The notes under the pieces were generated by a model. That model saw only the letters and a program-made list of their open reading frames with translations. It was not told the origin of the DNA and did not search any database. Shown piece by piece: positions 25,765 through 38,399 of a stretch of DNA of 64,000 nt. The number at the start of each line of letters is the position of its first letter. Position 1 is the first letter of the stretch. This DNA is from Dicyema japonicum (lineage: Eukaryota; Animalia; Dicyemida), in the NCBI GenBank assembly GCA_011109175.1, contig RDEW01000005.1, positions 966,903-1,030,902 on the forward strand, written 5' to 3'. The translations under genes and the position numbers were made by a program.

Positions 25765-25830
25765 ATAGATTTTTTCTAAGTGCAGGCTAGGTATTGGGCG
25801 TCTCCCGAGACTGGTGAATCACATGACGGT
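25765..25830 (-). mobile_element. Degraded pseudoknot-core SINE, copy F
   Basis: The minus strand reads CCGTCATGTGATTCACCAGTCTCGGGAGACGCCCAATACCTAGCCTGCAC. Confidence 0.6.
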
Positions 25831-26558
25831 TCTTAAAATTTGAAGAAGGAAAAGCTGAACAGAAACCTTCAATTAGGTAGGTTACGGTATGGGGATCGAT
25901 TCACAGCTACTAGAGATTCGATCAACATCACCAATCACTTTGCTACCTTGTCTTTTATTGATAAATCTTTATTATTATGTTTTTATAAAAATACTTCACA
26001 TCTGTTCAAAAAGTTAAAATAAAAAATGGTTATCATTATTACCCAAAGATCACTGGGTCAATAAGAAATAAATAAAAGTTCTCAACTAATCAAGTGATCT
26101 CAGACCGATAAAAGAGAGGACGAGTCCGATGGGGTAGTATATGAAACAAGGAGCAGCTCGGTAGACTGGCGAGTTTTCGTTGTATTTCGATTAGAGGATT
26201 TTCAATAGAGTGGATCTTGTGTCTTGGTCCAATTATCTTTATCACCCTCCTGTACAGCGGATAGTTTACGAGACGAGGAGCGGGAAATCTACATTACCCA
26301 CGAAGGACTTGGACAAGTCATCGTGGGTCATATAAATTTTTCATAAACTTTGGCAAGGCGCCCAGATTTGTTCTTAAGTGTTTTTTGAAAGCACTTTTAT
26401 GATTCTCATTTTCTTAGTCAGAAGTTACCTCGTTTTCAACATGTCGGATAAAAGAACCCTTGGTTGAAGATACTCCTAGAATTGTTGGTGGATTTGTTAA
26501 TATATTGTTTATGTTTATTAATCATTAAATTTTTGTAATTTATTTTTTAAATCACAAA

Positions 26559-28145
26559 ATGTGTTTATTTTTCAACTCGATGCGTCACACCGTACTATTG
26601 TTATTAATATTAGTATTTGCTAAAAATTGCTCTGAGAGTAGAATTTCAGAGAAATTCTACGATTTTTGCCCACGCAACCGGAGAAGGTAGATCTGCCCTT
26701 TCAGTTATTCGAATGAGTGGACCACGTTGTCTCACTGCTCTTGAAAAAATGACTGGGCCTTATAAAACTGCTCCAGTCCACCGTAGAGTGTATGTAAGGA
26801 CTATTAGGCATCCTATCAACAAGGAAGTAATTGACAAGGGAATAGTATTTTACTTCAAAAGTACTCAGGATTCAAATTTAAGAACCACACAGTTATACTG
26901 GGGAGGATTACGCAGAATTCCACGTTCATGGAGGTTCTGCTGTACGGAATTCTCTCATTGAGGCTCTCGGGTGCATATCGGATTGTAAAATTGCTTTTCC
27001 AGGTGAATTTGCATGGAGGTTTTATCACATCTGAGAAAACAGAGCATATTTGAACAGTAAAATGACTCCTGATCAGATTGAGTCTGTACTTGATACGATT
27101 AATGCAGAGACTGAAGTACAACGAAAGTTAGCTGTCTCAAGAATGACGAGCTCTCATTCAAAAATGTATAAATTGTGGCATTCTGAGCTTATTAAAGTTA
27201 GAACTCATTTCATTGGTAGATTTTGGCGACTGTTCAGGCTTTCATTGATTTTTCCGAGGACATCGAGAATTTTTCGTCACAGAGAAGGGAAGTTATTGAA
27301 ATAATCGAACAAATGGATGATTATCTCCGACAGATTAGATGTGGAAAGGCTATAACTCATAGTCAGCCAAAGATTTCAATCGTGGGAAGACCCAATGCTG
27401 GAAAAAGCACACTCTTGAACCATATTTGTTCTAATATTTTAATTATCAAAGGTGGCAAGGATAAATCCATTGTATCTGCGCAATCTGGAACGACTAGAGA
27501 TTGCATCGAGGTTCTAGTTGATTTGGGAGGGTTTTCTGCTACATTAATTGATACTGCTGGCATATTCGACACGTGCGGATCAGAAATCGACGAGGAAGCA
27601 GTCAAAAGATCCTTGGAGATTTGGCATGAATCGGATTTGGTAATTGGACTAGTTGACGTGAAAATTTTCATTCAACGGTCAATGACTGGAGGAAACCCTA
27701 TGGAACTGTTATTCGAAGGGGGTCATAGCCATTTAAAGGATATTGACGAATCGAAAGTTATCCTCACTATCGCTAAAACTGATTTGTGTGATGAAATTGA
27801 TTTGTCCCAAATCTCATCAAATCCTTTCCTGATATCATGTCATAAAAAAGTAGGAATCGAAACTTTGCTGAAGGAATTGACTCGGCGACTGTCAGAAATG
27901 TATATTTCATGTTTGACCGTAGATATCAGAATAGAGTCATTGGGTATGAGAACCTAAACGAATCTAACATTAGAAAGGCTAGAGAAAGCTTGAGTAATTT
28001 CGTCAACAATGATATGGTTTTGGGGGCAGAAGATTTAAGATTATCCATTAATTTTCTTAACATTGCTTGTGGCTATGACTCCAATAGTAGAATAGACGAA
28101 GCTGTTTATGACTTTATTTTTAATAACTTTTGCATTGGAAAATAA
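26559..28145 (+). CDS. GTPBP3: Mitochondrial tRNA modification GTPase (MnmE/TrmE/MSS1 family), 7 exons
   Basis: TIFAHAT..SALSVIRMSG, PHSYTGEDYAEFHVHGG, PGEF, GRPNAGKS, GTTRD, DTAG and terminal FCIGK*. Six 22-24 nt introns. Confidence 0.95.
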
Positions 28146-28699
28146 TTTTCATATTTTTTTCATCTTTACGGAAGGAGTTTTTGTAAGTTAGTATGTGGCT
28201 TTTTTGATTGAGAGCTAGTCCTCTCTTACGATTTGTATTGGAATGCGCTCATCAGTTATCCCTTTTCTGTTTTCCCGTTTTTTTGCTATCAACAATCCGT
28301 GGCGCAAAGGAAGGAATGCGATTTGGTTCCAGTTTGAAAACAAATTGTCCTCTTTGAAATGAATTTTTTAAGGGTTTCGTTTCTCGCTGAGCATGATCCT
28401 GTGTTAATGGCTGTCATAGTCAGGTTTAAAAAAGAGAAGCCATCAATTTAAGTTTTGATTTTTAATTTTGTTTCATTTATCGCCTAATTAAACTACTTTG
28501 ATGTCTATTTCTCATTTCCTTCTATGGTTTGTCCTGGAGAAAACTTATCTCCATAAAAAAGATGTCTTGTACATTTTGACAGGATTCCAATTATGACCTG
28601 ACTTCCAACTTGAGAGGATGCAAGGAAATCTCCCTAGCAGTTTATTAGATGCTCTATAACCGGAATGATATCCATAATAGACCTTTTGGCTAAACTTAA

Positions 28700-29060
28700 C
28701 GTCAGATGACATCGGATCTGAAGGTCGTGGGTTCGAATCCGAAATATGGAGTTTTCAGCAGAGGTCAATTTTTGTCAAAAACGAGTCCTTCTGGACTGCA
28801 CACCATTCCCTCACGGTTTATGATAAAAAGTCCTCTATTAATAAAACTACATGTTCTACCGATATGCATTTTTACTTTCTGAAAGGATTCCATAAGCCTT
28901 GGTTATAGATTGGTTTCCATCAGCTAGTTGAAAGGGATATACTACATTCTCCCTGACCAAATCCTCTGCTGAAGATTACATTATGAAAACTATTCCGCCG
29001 AAGAATGAAGTGATGTCCTAATACGTGCGACGAAAATGAAAGAAGACATAACCCCTCGTC
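28700..29060 (+). mobile_element. SINE (homolog of 53060-53430) carrying an inserted peroxiredoxin fragment
   Basis: B-box GGTTCGAATCC near 28730. ACGAGTCCTTCTG and TTCTCCCTGACCAAATCCTCTG..GAAGATT..ATTATGAAAACTATTCCGC match 53116-53220. Confidence 0.7.
28795..28926 (-). pseudogene. 132-nt inverted copy of peroxiredoxin 15770-15901, including intron 3
   Basis: The reverse complement matches the source with 4 substitutions. Confidence 0.95.
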
Positions 29061-29074
29061 CCCATTTTTGATTA

Positions 29075-31131
29075 TTATTATTAAAAACCAAAGATCACCG
29101 ACAAATTAATTAACTACATAGCCGTCAGGTGATTCCGGCCACCTCGAGTAGCCATCTCATTCTTGCTCGGTGTTCTTCCTGGGTTCCAACGCATTTCCGG
29201 ATTGGGCGGGGGTTTCTAACTTTTTGGAGGGTAGTAAGGCTCCGGTTTTTTTCACTAATTCCTCAAAAGGTGTAGGGTTTAGAGGTGTCCAAGAAAACCT
29301 TTGCAAAGCCTTACTGGCTATTTTTTGGAAGGTATTAATTTTTTCTATATTCCTGTTTGATAAATTGGTTCCCCATGCAGCACACCCGTAAGTTAGAGAC
29401 GGTTGAATATACTGCACGTAGAGCGAGTCCAAATTTGAGTTGAAACACCCCTTATATTCTCCAAGGAGTGTTTTAACAAAATTTAGATTTCGTTGTGCCG
29501 AAGAGATGACGTTGTCGATGTGTTTGCTAAAGGTCAAGAGTGGGTCGTAAGTTACGCCCAGTATCTTGACCGAGTTGGTCGTGGGGATTGAGTTTCCATT
29601 TATGGTTACACATGGATCGGAGTTTATCAATCTTCTGTTTGTTGTGAACATTGTTGTATAAGACTTTTCGGGACTTGTATGTAGAATGTTCTTAACGAGC
29701 CAACAGTTCAGATCGTCCAATGAAGCTTGTATCCGGTAAACAGCAGTATTAACGCACTGGTCTTTGACTGAAACGATTATATCATCCGCATATGTCAGAA
29801 CCAGAGTATCGTCACTGGTAAGGAAGGGCATGTAATTCAAGAATAGGTTGAATAGGTGTGGTGAAGCTTCTAAGTGTTTTTCACATTTTATGAGTGAGTT
29901 CTGCTTGTTTAAATTGGACGTGAAGTTTTTCCAAACTTTCTCTTGTTTTTTTTGCATTGTTCCTGATCTCTCTTTCTAATGTACGAATTCTCAATCTTGT
30001 TTCCCAGGATTGTTTTTGGAGGCTTTTTAGGTAATTTCTTTCCTTTATGAGTGGATCGGCTCTGGGGAAGAATTCTTTCTTGAACTCAGTGGCCTTTTTT
30101 TAATACAAATTTTCATTCCCTCGCGTACCACTCTATTAAAATAGTGTAGTGCTTTATCGATGGAGTTGAAATTGGATAAATGAAAGTCAAGTAGATAATA
30201 GTCGACAAAATTTGAGAACTTTTTCCAGTCGACATTTTTGTAGTCGGTATATAAAACAGGTTTCTTTACAATTGACACTCTTCCTTCAAACGTAATCATA
30301 ACGGGATTATGGTCACTGCTGGTCTCGTATAGCAGTGTCCATTTTGTTAATGTTGCTATGTTTGGTGAGGCAAGAGTGAGATCGGGGGACAATGTCCTGT
30401 CATTCGCTCTGTAGGGAGTCCTTGTATTGAATGTACGGTTGTTTAATATTATCAGGTCATTCAGATTCGATAATAATTGGCTTCCTCTGACATCGCATGG
30501 TTGGTTCTTGAACCATGTCGGATGCTTTGCATTTAGGTCTCCACAAAGTAACATATTTTTTGATTTGTCGATGTCTGACAGGGAGAACCTGAATTCCTTG
30601 GAGCATGAGTTGGGCGGTGGACATACACATTCAATATGTTTATGTTTCCGATGGTTGTCTTGACTGAAATACCAATATATTCGACGGGAGACTTGAGGTT
30701 GACTAAAGTTTCGTTTGCGTACGGAATTTCTTTTTTGATAAGGGTAAGCAGTCCACCACCCCGCCCAGCTGGGCGGTCGCGCCTGATGACGTGATGTTTG
30801 GGAAGACGGGAGTGGAAGAAGACGGAGTCAGTCTTGTTTTTCGGAGTAGGCAAATGTCAGTATTATACCTTTTTAAGAGGTTTCTGAGTTCGAGGATCTT
30901 CCCTTTCACTCCAGTTATGTTTAGTTGAATCAAAATAATGGGTTTTCGAGGTCCAGGATTGGGGTTCACATCGCCGGAAAGCATTAGGTAGGCTTCTATC
31001 AAGGCAGGAGAGAGAGGCCAGTGGGGAGACCGTCCAAGAAGGACATTCCTCTTGGATTGGACGTAGAGGATGGTTCTTTTGTCTGTGAAGCATATTCCAC
31101 AGTTTTCGTCACCAGAAACGGCGAACCACAT
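29075..31131 (-). mobile_element. Internally deleted APE-RT LINE with 2A-like peptide
   Basis: LMLSGDVNPNPGP, APE (IQLNITG, CGDLNAKH, SSDHNPV), then a jump to the RT C-half (SPHLFNLF, YADD, ILGVTYD), then a shared 3' tail with (TAA)n. Confidence 0.9.
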
Positions 31132-31779
31132 GACGTTAAAAATAATTAATTAATAATGATGGAGTCAGAAGATATCGGATACGCGAACTTTTGGAAATAG
31201 GAAGTATAAGAATCACAAATGTCTTCTCGAATTCTGGCTGATCCACTTTTATTTCAAATTAGTTTGTGATAAGAGGAAATTCTTTTTCTTCTCCACACCC
31301 ACTGTTTCGAAGTGCTTTTGATAAGTTTTTATTGCTGTGTCAACTTTTTCATTTCATTGAGCCCGTCTACTTAAAAAAACACCTCAAACTAACAGGTTTA
31401 TCATCTTATTGCTATTCTACAGACGCCAACATTGTAAAAATCGATTTTCGCATCTACCGACTCTTAGATTGGTAAAATCATTAAGGCATTTGTGGAATAC
31501 AATATTCCCTCGCACATGTTGAAAAGTTTTAAAGTGAAGTGATGCTTCTCCAATTTTAGAGAATTCTGGAATAGTTGAAGAAAATAAAATGGGCATGGCA
31601 ACGATCGCAGCAATATAGCCTTTGGAATTGGAGCTAAAAAGAGCATTAACGTGGAGTTATTCATAAGCAACGCTATTAAACGCGAATCATTAAATGTAGT
31701 CTTGTCTACGTGTATGGATGTAGAGAATATGTAGTCACACTCTTAGTGAATGGCTTTCAAGACAACAGTAACTCAAAAA

Positions 31780-32300
31780 GTAAAGCACTGTACTGCCTTT
31801 TGCAAGGCAGAAATTTATTTTTCTCGAATATGGGATCCCTACGCGATCACTGAAAGAAAACGAAAAACTGTTTACCATTTGGCGACTAAATGTTGTAAAT
31901 AGAATTTAAAAGGCATAGTGAGGTCGTGCGATGCATTCCTTTGTATTTTTGTGGGAAATATGTAATCAGAAATTCGGAGAAAATCCAAGGCAATAAACCA
32001 GATTTTTGTACATGACAAGATGAAGAATGGGATTACCTTAATTGAAGTTGGAATAACTTCTCCAGATCGCTTTAAACATGTTGGGGTGGAAAAGTTTTAC
32101 AAATACGCCTTCCTTACAAGGGAGTTTTCGATCCTTTATGACACCCATGTGAAATCATCACGGTGGTTATGACGTGGGAAGGTATTGTCTCAAATCAAGA
32201 ATCATCCATAGAAGAAACAGTGGAGGCATACATCCAGTCAGTCATACTTAAGAAGACCCTTGACACTATGATCATCGAACATAGGGAATTAAGGACTCGA
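31780..32300 (+). mobile_element. RLE endonuclease fragment of an R4/NeSL-like non-LTR element
   Basis: NKPDF..HDKMKNGITLIEVGITSPDRFKHVGVEKFYKY and VVMTWEGIV. Confidence 0.6.
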
Positions 32301-32572
32301 GGATGAGTTCTTCTTTACTACCATCAAACTAATGGAGCTTGTATGTGATTATTATGAGGACACTACATTGGATGTGGGTATGAGAGATGACTGATTTATA
32401 TGAGAAGAGAGGGATCAAGATAAGTGACAGTTAACTCCCCTAATAGAAGGATGATTTATAGTTAAATGATTTATATATTTTGAATTAATTGAATAATGTT
32501 ATAAAATTATTATTTAATTATTGGTTAACATAAAATAATAAAATATTAATTTATTCATACTTTTCAGTTGAG

Positions 32573-35500
32573 ATGGCTATTAATTCCACAAACGACGAAA
32601 TTATTGCCAAAATAAAAGATGAAAATGCGTACTTTTATCTTTGTCGGTTAGAAGAAGCTCGAACGTATCTAATATACTAATAATTTACAGATGGATTGCT
32701 AAAACTATTAATCATGACATTCCCGAAGTTCTCAATTTGGAAGAATCTTTAAGAGATGGCGTCATAATAGCTAAAATTGGCTTTTCTTTTGAGCCAAATT
32801 CATTTCGTGGCACGAAAATATTTGACCCGATACAGAATTATTTTCATGTTGGTATATTTATTAATTTGTGTTTTAGAAATCAATGGGACTACACTTTCGA
32901 CATACGGACAATATTAATTATTTTTTCAATTTTCTCAAAGAGATTGGCCTTCCTTCGGTTTTCTTAATTAAATATTCATTCCATTTGCATTATTCATTAT
33001 GAATATTTGATTTACATTTTAGGTTTTTTATCCTGAAACGACAGATATTTATGACCGAAAAAATATGCCTAAACTCATTTTTTGCCTACATGCCCTCAAG
33101 TTTGCTTTATTGTCATTCAGTTATTACCTCTATCGAAAGGGAAGGACGAATTTGATCGAGAGCATTCATGGGACCAATCAGTTTACAGGTGTTTTTAGCA
33201 TATCATCCGCAGTGGAGCATATTAATGCCATGAAGAAGCAACTAGAACTGTATAATATTGATCTCCCAAATTTTTCTAAAATCGCTGGGATTTTGGCCGA
33301 TGAAGTTGTCATTTTATTAACTTTAGATATCCGAAGATGACGCTGCCAGTGAGATTGAATATTTACCTTTTAGTGCATGCAATCATTATCGCTATAAACG
33401 AAGAATTGCTCAAAAACAACGATAATGATAATTTAGTCAATTTAATGAAAAATCCCATTAGTTTCCTCAGTTTTATAGATCCTGAAAATATTTCAATGTA
33501 CAGAGAAAATTTATTATTCGATTTGGAATCCAAACGAGGAAAGGTACAAATTTTGAGCCAACCTTATAGAATAAAAATATCGAAGTAACCGACGATGACG
33601 TATATTTGATGTATTTAAATAAAACTGAGATTCAAGAAAAAATCGACTTTGTTAATCGTTTTTAATTTCAATTTAAAATAATAGACGTTGCATTAATGGA
33701 GGAAATAAATCTTTCGATTCAAAACGACGACCACAAGAAATTATTCAAGGCCCTGAATTCAAAAATCTTAAATTTGGACGTTTACGAGGACAACATTGTT
33801 TTTTATATGAATTTCCTGAAAGAAAGTTCCAAAGTTGGTTTATGGCATGAACTTGATAGGATGGAATTATCATGAGCTTGGATGAAGTAAAGAAGGCAAT
33901 CTCACAAGCAAATCAGGTTTCCAGAAAACTCAATGAACGTTAAAATATTTATTTATTTTCAGTGGCTAAAGCTGTTATCGAAATCAACAAAATTTTAGAA
34001 ACTGGAAAAAATTTAAATATTGTATCAAAACTCCTACAAGATAATTTCCATAACGTCAATCTAGAAAATGATTACTGCGAAGCTTTGTGCAAAGCAAAAT
34101 CTGAACGTGAAATTATACATAAACATTTTAGTCTCTAAAAAGTCCTCTGGGAACTGGATTCTTGTCAAAGATTCGAACTCCGTGATTTACTATGATATAA
34201 AAAATAACACTTCGACTGCTATAAAACCGAAAAATTACCTCGAAAATGAAAGCTACCTATCCAGTTCAAATATCCAAGTATTTATAATGGATCATTTAGT
34301 CCATAATAAATAATGTTAACTCCAAACGAGCACGTGATCTGTTCTACCAAGATAATATAAAACACATAATCACCATCCAGAGTGTGATTCGCAGATGTCT
34401 TCAGAGGAAATTAATTCTCCAGCATAAAACCTATTTATTTTCTCTCTTAAAACCAGCCCTTGTTCTTCAAGTTTGCCTTTTATAAATTTTAAAGAGAGTC
34501 ATTCGAAAGACTACGAAGAAAAAATCTTTTGAAGAATATCGAAAGTTACTGTCGATGCCTGTGGAAGACTGTAATTTGGTAAATATTGATTTTCCTATTT
34601 CTAGCTGAACAAAGTAATTCTATCAATGATTACTCGTAATTCTCACCAAAAACTAATGCAAAGTTATCATGCCCAGGTTTATTTTAAATATAATTTAGTT
34701 GGACAAAATTATAAAGATTCAAGCTATTATCCGTGGGACCTCAATAAAGAATAATTATAAATTATTATGTATTGCTCTTTATTACCAGTAGTATCTGGAG
34801 ACCATACTTCCTTAGCGTCAGTACAGGAATTTATTCATTTGCTTGATATTAAAGAAGGCGACTTTAAAGATGAAACAGGTTAGTTTTCGTTTTACCAAAA
34901 GATCTTCAATTTTTGCGAATGGAGTCAATACGTATGATTAAAACCAACCAGGAACTTCAAGTTAAAGTTGAACAAATCGGCAACGAGGCTGGTTTACTTA
35001 TCAAAAATCAAATTTCTATTATGGTGCTGTTTTGCTGTTATTTTAAACCAGGACGAACACCAAAAAAAGGCCAAAATTCACAAGATTACGAAGCAAATGA
35101 AAGATGAAGCCATAGCCAATACCTCCATTGAAAGAGACACCGAAGAGTTGATAAATAAATATTCTAATATTTTTTATCTATTTCAAGTATATAATATTTT
35201 TTTATTTAGACTTGCCCGGAGTATTTCTGGACCATGGTCAATAATTTCCGTGGCACTAAGTATGTTAATAAATTACGTAATAACATCTTGAACTGCTTTA
35301 ATAATGGAACTCACAAACGTGAAGAATATCTTTTAATAAAAACTCTTTCATATATTCTGGAAAGTGAAATTAAGTAATTTTCTATTAATATTAGAAACAT
35401 GGATAATATGTTTATTAAATCTTCGGATATATTGGAGCTAATTGTTTACATTTTGAGGTAATGAGCTTCTATTAAGTCTAAAGAAATATCAAAACTCCGG

Positions 35501-37465
35501 AATACGATCTTAGAAACTTTATTAAAGATCTTTTATCTCCCGTCGTTGATAATCAGATGTTGCAACTTAAGACGGATCCTGTTGTTATCTACAAACAGTG
35601 GGTTTTCAAGAAAGAGGCTGAAGAGGGGGTATCAAGGTTTTTTTCAAAAATTACATATTTAGCAAATTACCTTATAACGTTAAAGCAAATGAAGCTCTTG
35701 ATCATCAAAACGTTAAAGAACTCTTGGAAGAATCTTATCTTAAGTTAATCAATATAACGATAATATATTGGAAAAAATTACCAGCAGTTATGATAAAATA
35801 CCGTAAAAATTGTTAATATTGACTTATAGTTATGGAGTCCGGTATATAAGCATGTTTTACGGGAAAATCTTGAGGAAATACAAATTTTCAAAAGAAGAAG
35901 AGGAATGTGTTATATCTGCAATTTGCAATCTCGTCTATTTCCAATATGTGAATATATCCATTATAGTACCTGAATCTTTTGGAGCATATGTGGGATCTGT
36001 GGATTCCATAATAACTAATGACCAACGTTTCAATTTGGCTGAAGTTGGGCGTCTAATACAAATTCTGGCAACTGGGGGAGATGAAAATGATGTTTGTCCA
36101 TTTCACTCAATTCCACAACTTAAAGATTTTTTTATCCGGTGGAAAGTTCCCTTCAGACAATATCTCAATAATATTTGTGATGTAAAGGACTTGAATCAGC
36201 ATTTTCAATTTGACGATTTTATGGAAAACAAATTGATCTCTCCCCCACAATTATACACTTCAGCATTCAATTTGATACAACTTCACAATGTACTCGTTCT
36301 AGTGATGTGTTAGATGGTTATAGAAATTGCACCAATATTCGATGAAAAGAAAAATTTTACTTTGAGGGACTATCTACAAGAAATTGGAGAAATTACCCCT
36401 GAATTATTTTTGGGGACAAAATGTGGCATGGTCTGATTTAAAAATAGATGAATATGAGACTACAACCAATGATCACCTAAGAAAAATTGAATTTGTAGTA
36501 ACGATGAACAATTACGGAGTAAACACGGTTTATTCTGAAGTTAATTCGTTGCATAAAGTTATTTTTATAAAGTTGGAGTAAGTTGCTATTTTTAGGTGTA
36601 CCCTGATGGTTTGTCATTTATTGCGGTGCCAGAAATGCCGCAATATGGATGAATTACTTAATACTCCTGCGACAGAGGCTGAAGAAAAGTTAAGCAAAAA
36701 ATTTATAGAACAATACGATAAAAAGATGAGCACGATTCAGAGAATTTTATCTGATGAGGAACAAGCTTCATCTCCTGAAGAAATGAAAAAATATATTAAA
36801 GAAAAGACGAAACAATTGATTGAAGAAGGCTACATCGACCCGAATGAAAAATATAATGCCTACATTCTCGAAATTTCCAAAGTTAATTTTAAAATGATAA
36901 TTTAAAAGGAAATCCGTGAAAAAAGGATATTGGTTAACAAAAGAAAAAAAGAAATCGGTCATCTCACAACCGCCCTAAAGGATTTGTCCACAAAACATGA
37001 TTTCTTGAAAGACCAAATTGATTCTTATAATCAGTACATTATTTCTTTGCTCAGCCAAAATATGAAAAAGTAACAAAAATAAAAATTTTAGATCCAAAAA
37101 TAAATCTAATAAACACATAAAAGTTAATTATTCGGGAAAAAAGATGTACGAAAAGGGTATTTTGTTGTCGGTCACTGGAATCACTGAAAAAGAGTATTTT
37201 TAAATAAAATCAAAAATAGTTATAACAAACTTCAGGTAACCATAGAAGAGGGTGATGAACCGGGGAGTTTCTCTATGAACGCATCATTTCTTGGAGTTTC
37301 AATGAAGTCAACAAAGTTCACATTAAAAGTTAATTTAAAAGTTATTTATCTTAGAATCTATTGGAATTACAGAAAGAAGGCTGTGGACATATAAACTTCG
37401 ATCAAGCTAATTGTAATGTGAACTTGCTAATCCACCTGATCAATCGAAAATTTATGACTAATTAA
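32573..37465 (+). CDS. IQGAP: IQGAP-family scaffold (CH, IQ, RasGAP-related GRD, RGCT), about 32 exons
   Basis: YLCRLEEARTWI, LEESLRDGVIIAK, FRHTDNINYF, FYPETTDIYDRKNMPKLIFCLHAL, IQ motifs (IQAIIRG), TDPVVIYKQW, KIPYGVRY, NVNLLIHLINRKF. About 31 tiny introns. One missing base at about 35759. Confidence 0.93.
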
Positions 37466-38399
37466 GATTATGACTTTAATTTAATAACAGATAAATATAA
37501 ATTTGGAATTAATTTAATTATTTTATTTGCTAGTTAATTATTATTTATTGTGGACAACCTAAAACCGCGAGGAGTTTGTTTTGTTTGTTATCGAAATGAT
37601 TCCAGGCAATCTTAGTAGATTGGAACTTAAGTTCTCTGACTTTATGGAACTGGTGGACACAATGATAAGTGAAGATATTGAGTCTACACTAAAGCCAACA
37701 CAGCAATCAGATGATGCAACTGAATGATTTTGGTCTTTACTTTTATCATTATTTTGTTGATTTTTTGAATTATTTTTAATAAGTTTCAACAACCTTATTA
37801 CCGATGGAAGAAATCATCATAGTAATTGCTACCATTTTCTATTGTGTTCACTTCAACTGACCAAGATTTCAGTCAAATCCTTACTATTGATTTTTGCAGA
37901 GCAGGTTTCTCTAAAAGAATTGTTCTTTGTGCGCCAAGTTGCACATTTTCGGTTGTTTTTTATCACAATATGATAAACTCAGTCATTCAACCACGTGGTT
38001 AATTGATCTCCAAATATCACGTCCATCCATATCCGCTATTTTTGGAACCTCTTCAGTGGACTAGAGAAGAGCGAGATTCTTTTTTATGGCAGACAGTTAC
38101 TGAGCTTCTCCTTGGACGGATATTTTTCAAGAATTTTTTGATATCATGGCTTGAGATTTGTCCTCGGCTTAGAAGAGGTCGATAGCCATATCCAGGCGCT
38201 GTGAAAAATCTCTCCGTTCGCAGTCGCGTTTTCTATTTGTTGAAGATTCACTTACCTAATCTCCAAACCGCTCAAAAGGTTTCGAAAACAACTTGGAAAT
38301 GATCTTCAAAAACCAGGTATTTTTTCAATTTTTTTCAATTCTAAAAATGTCGCGCGACTTACCTACTCGGTGGCATTGCTCACTTGAAGTGTTGGAGAA

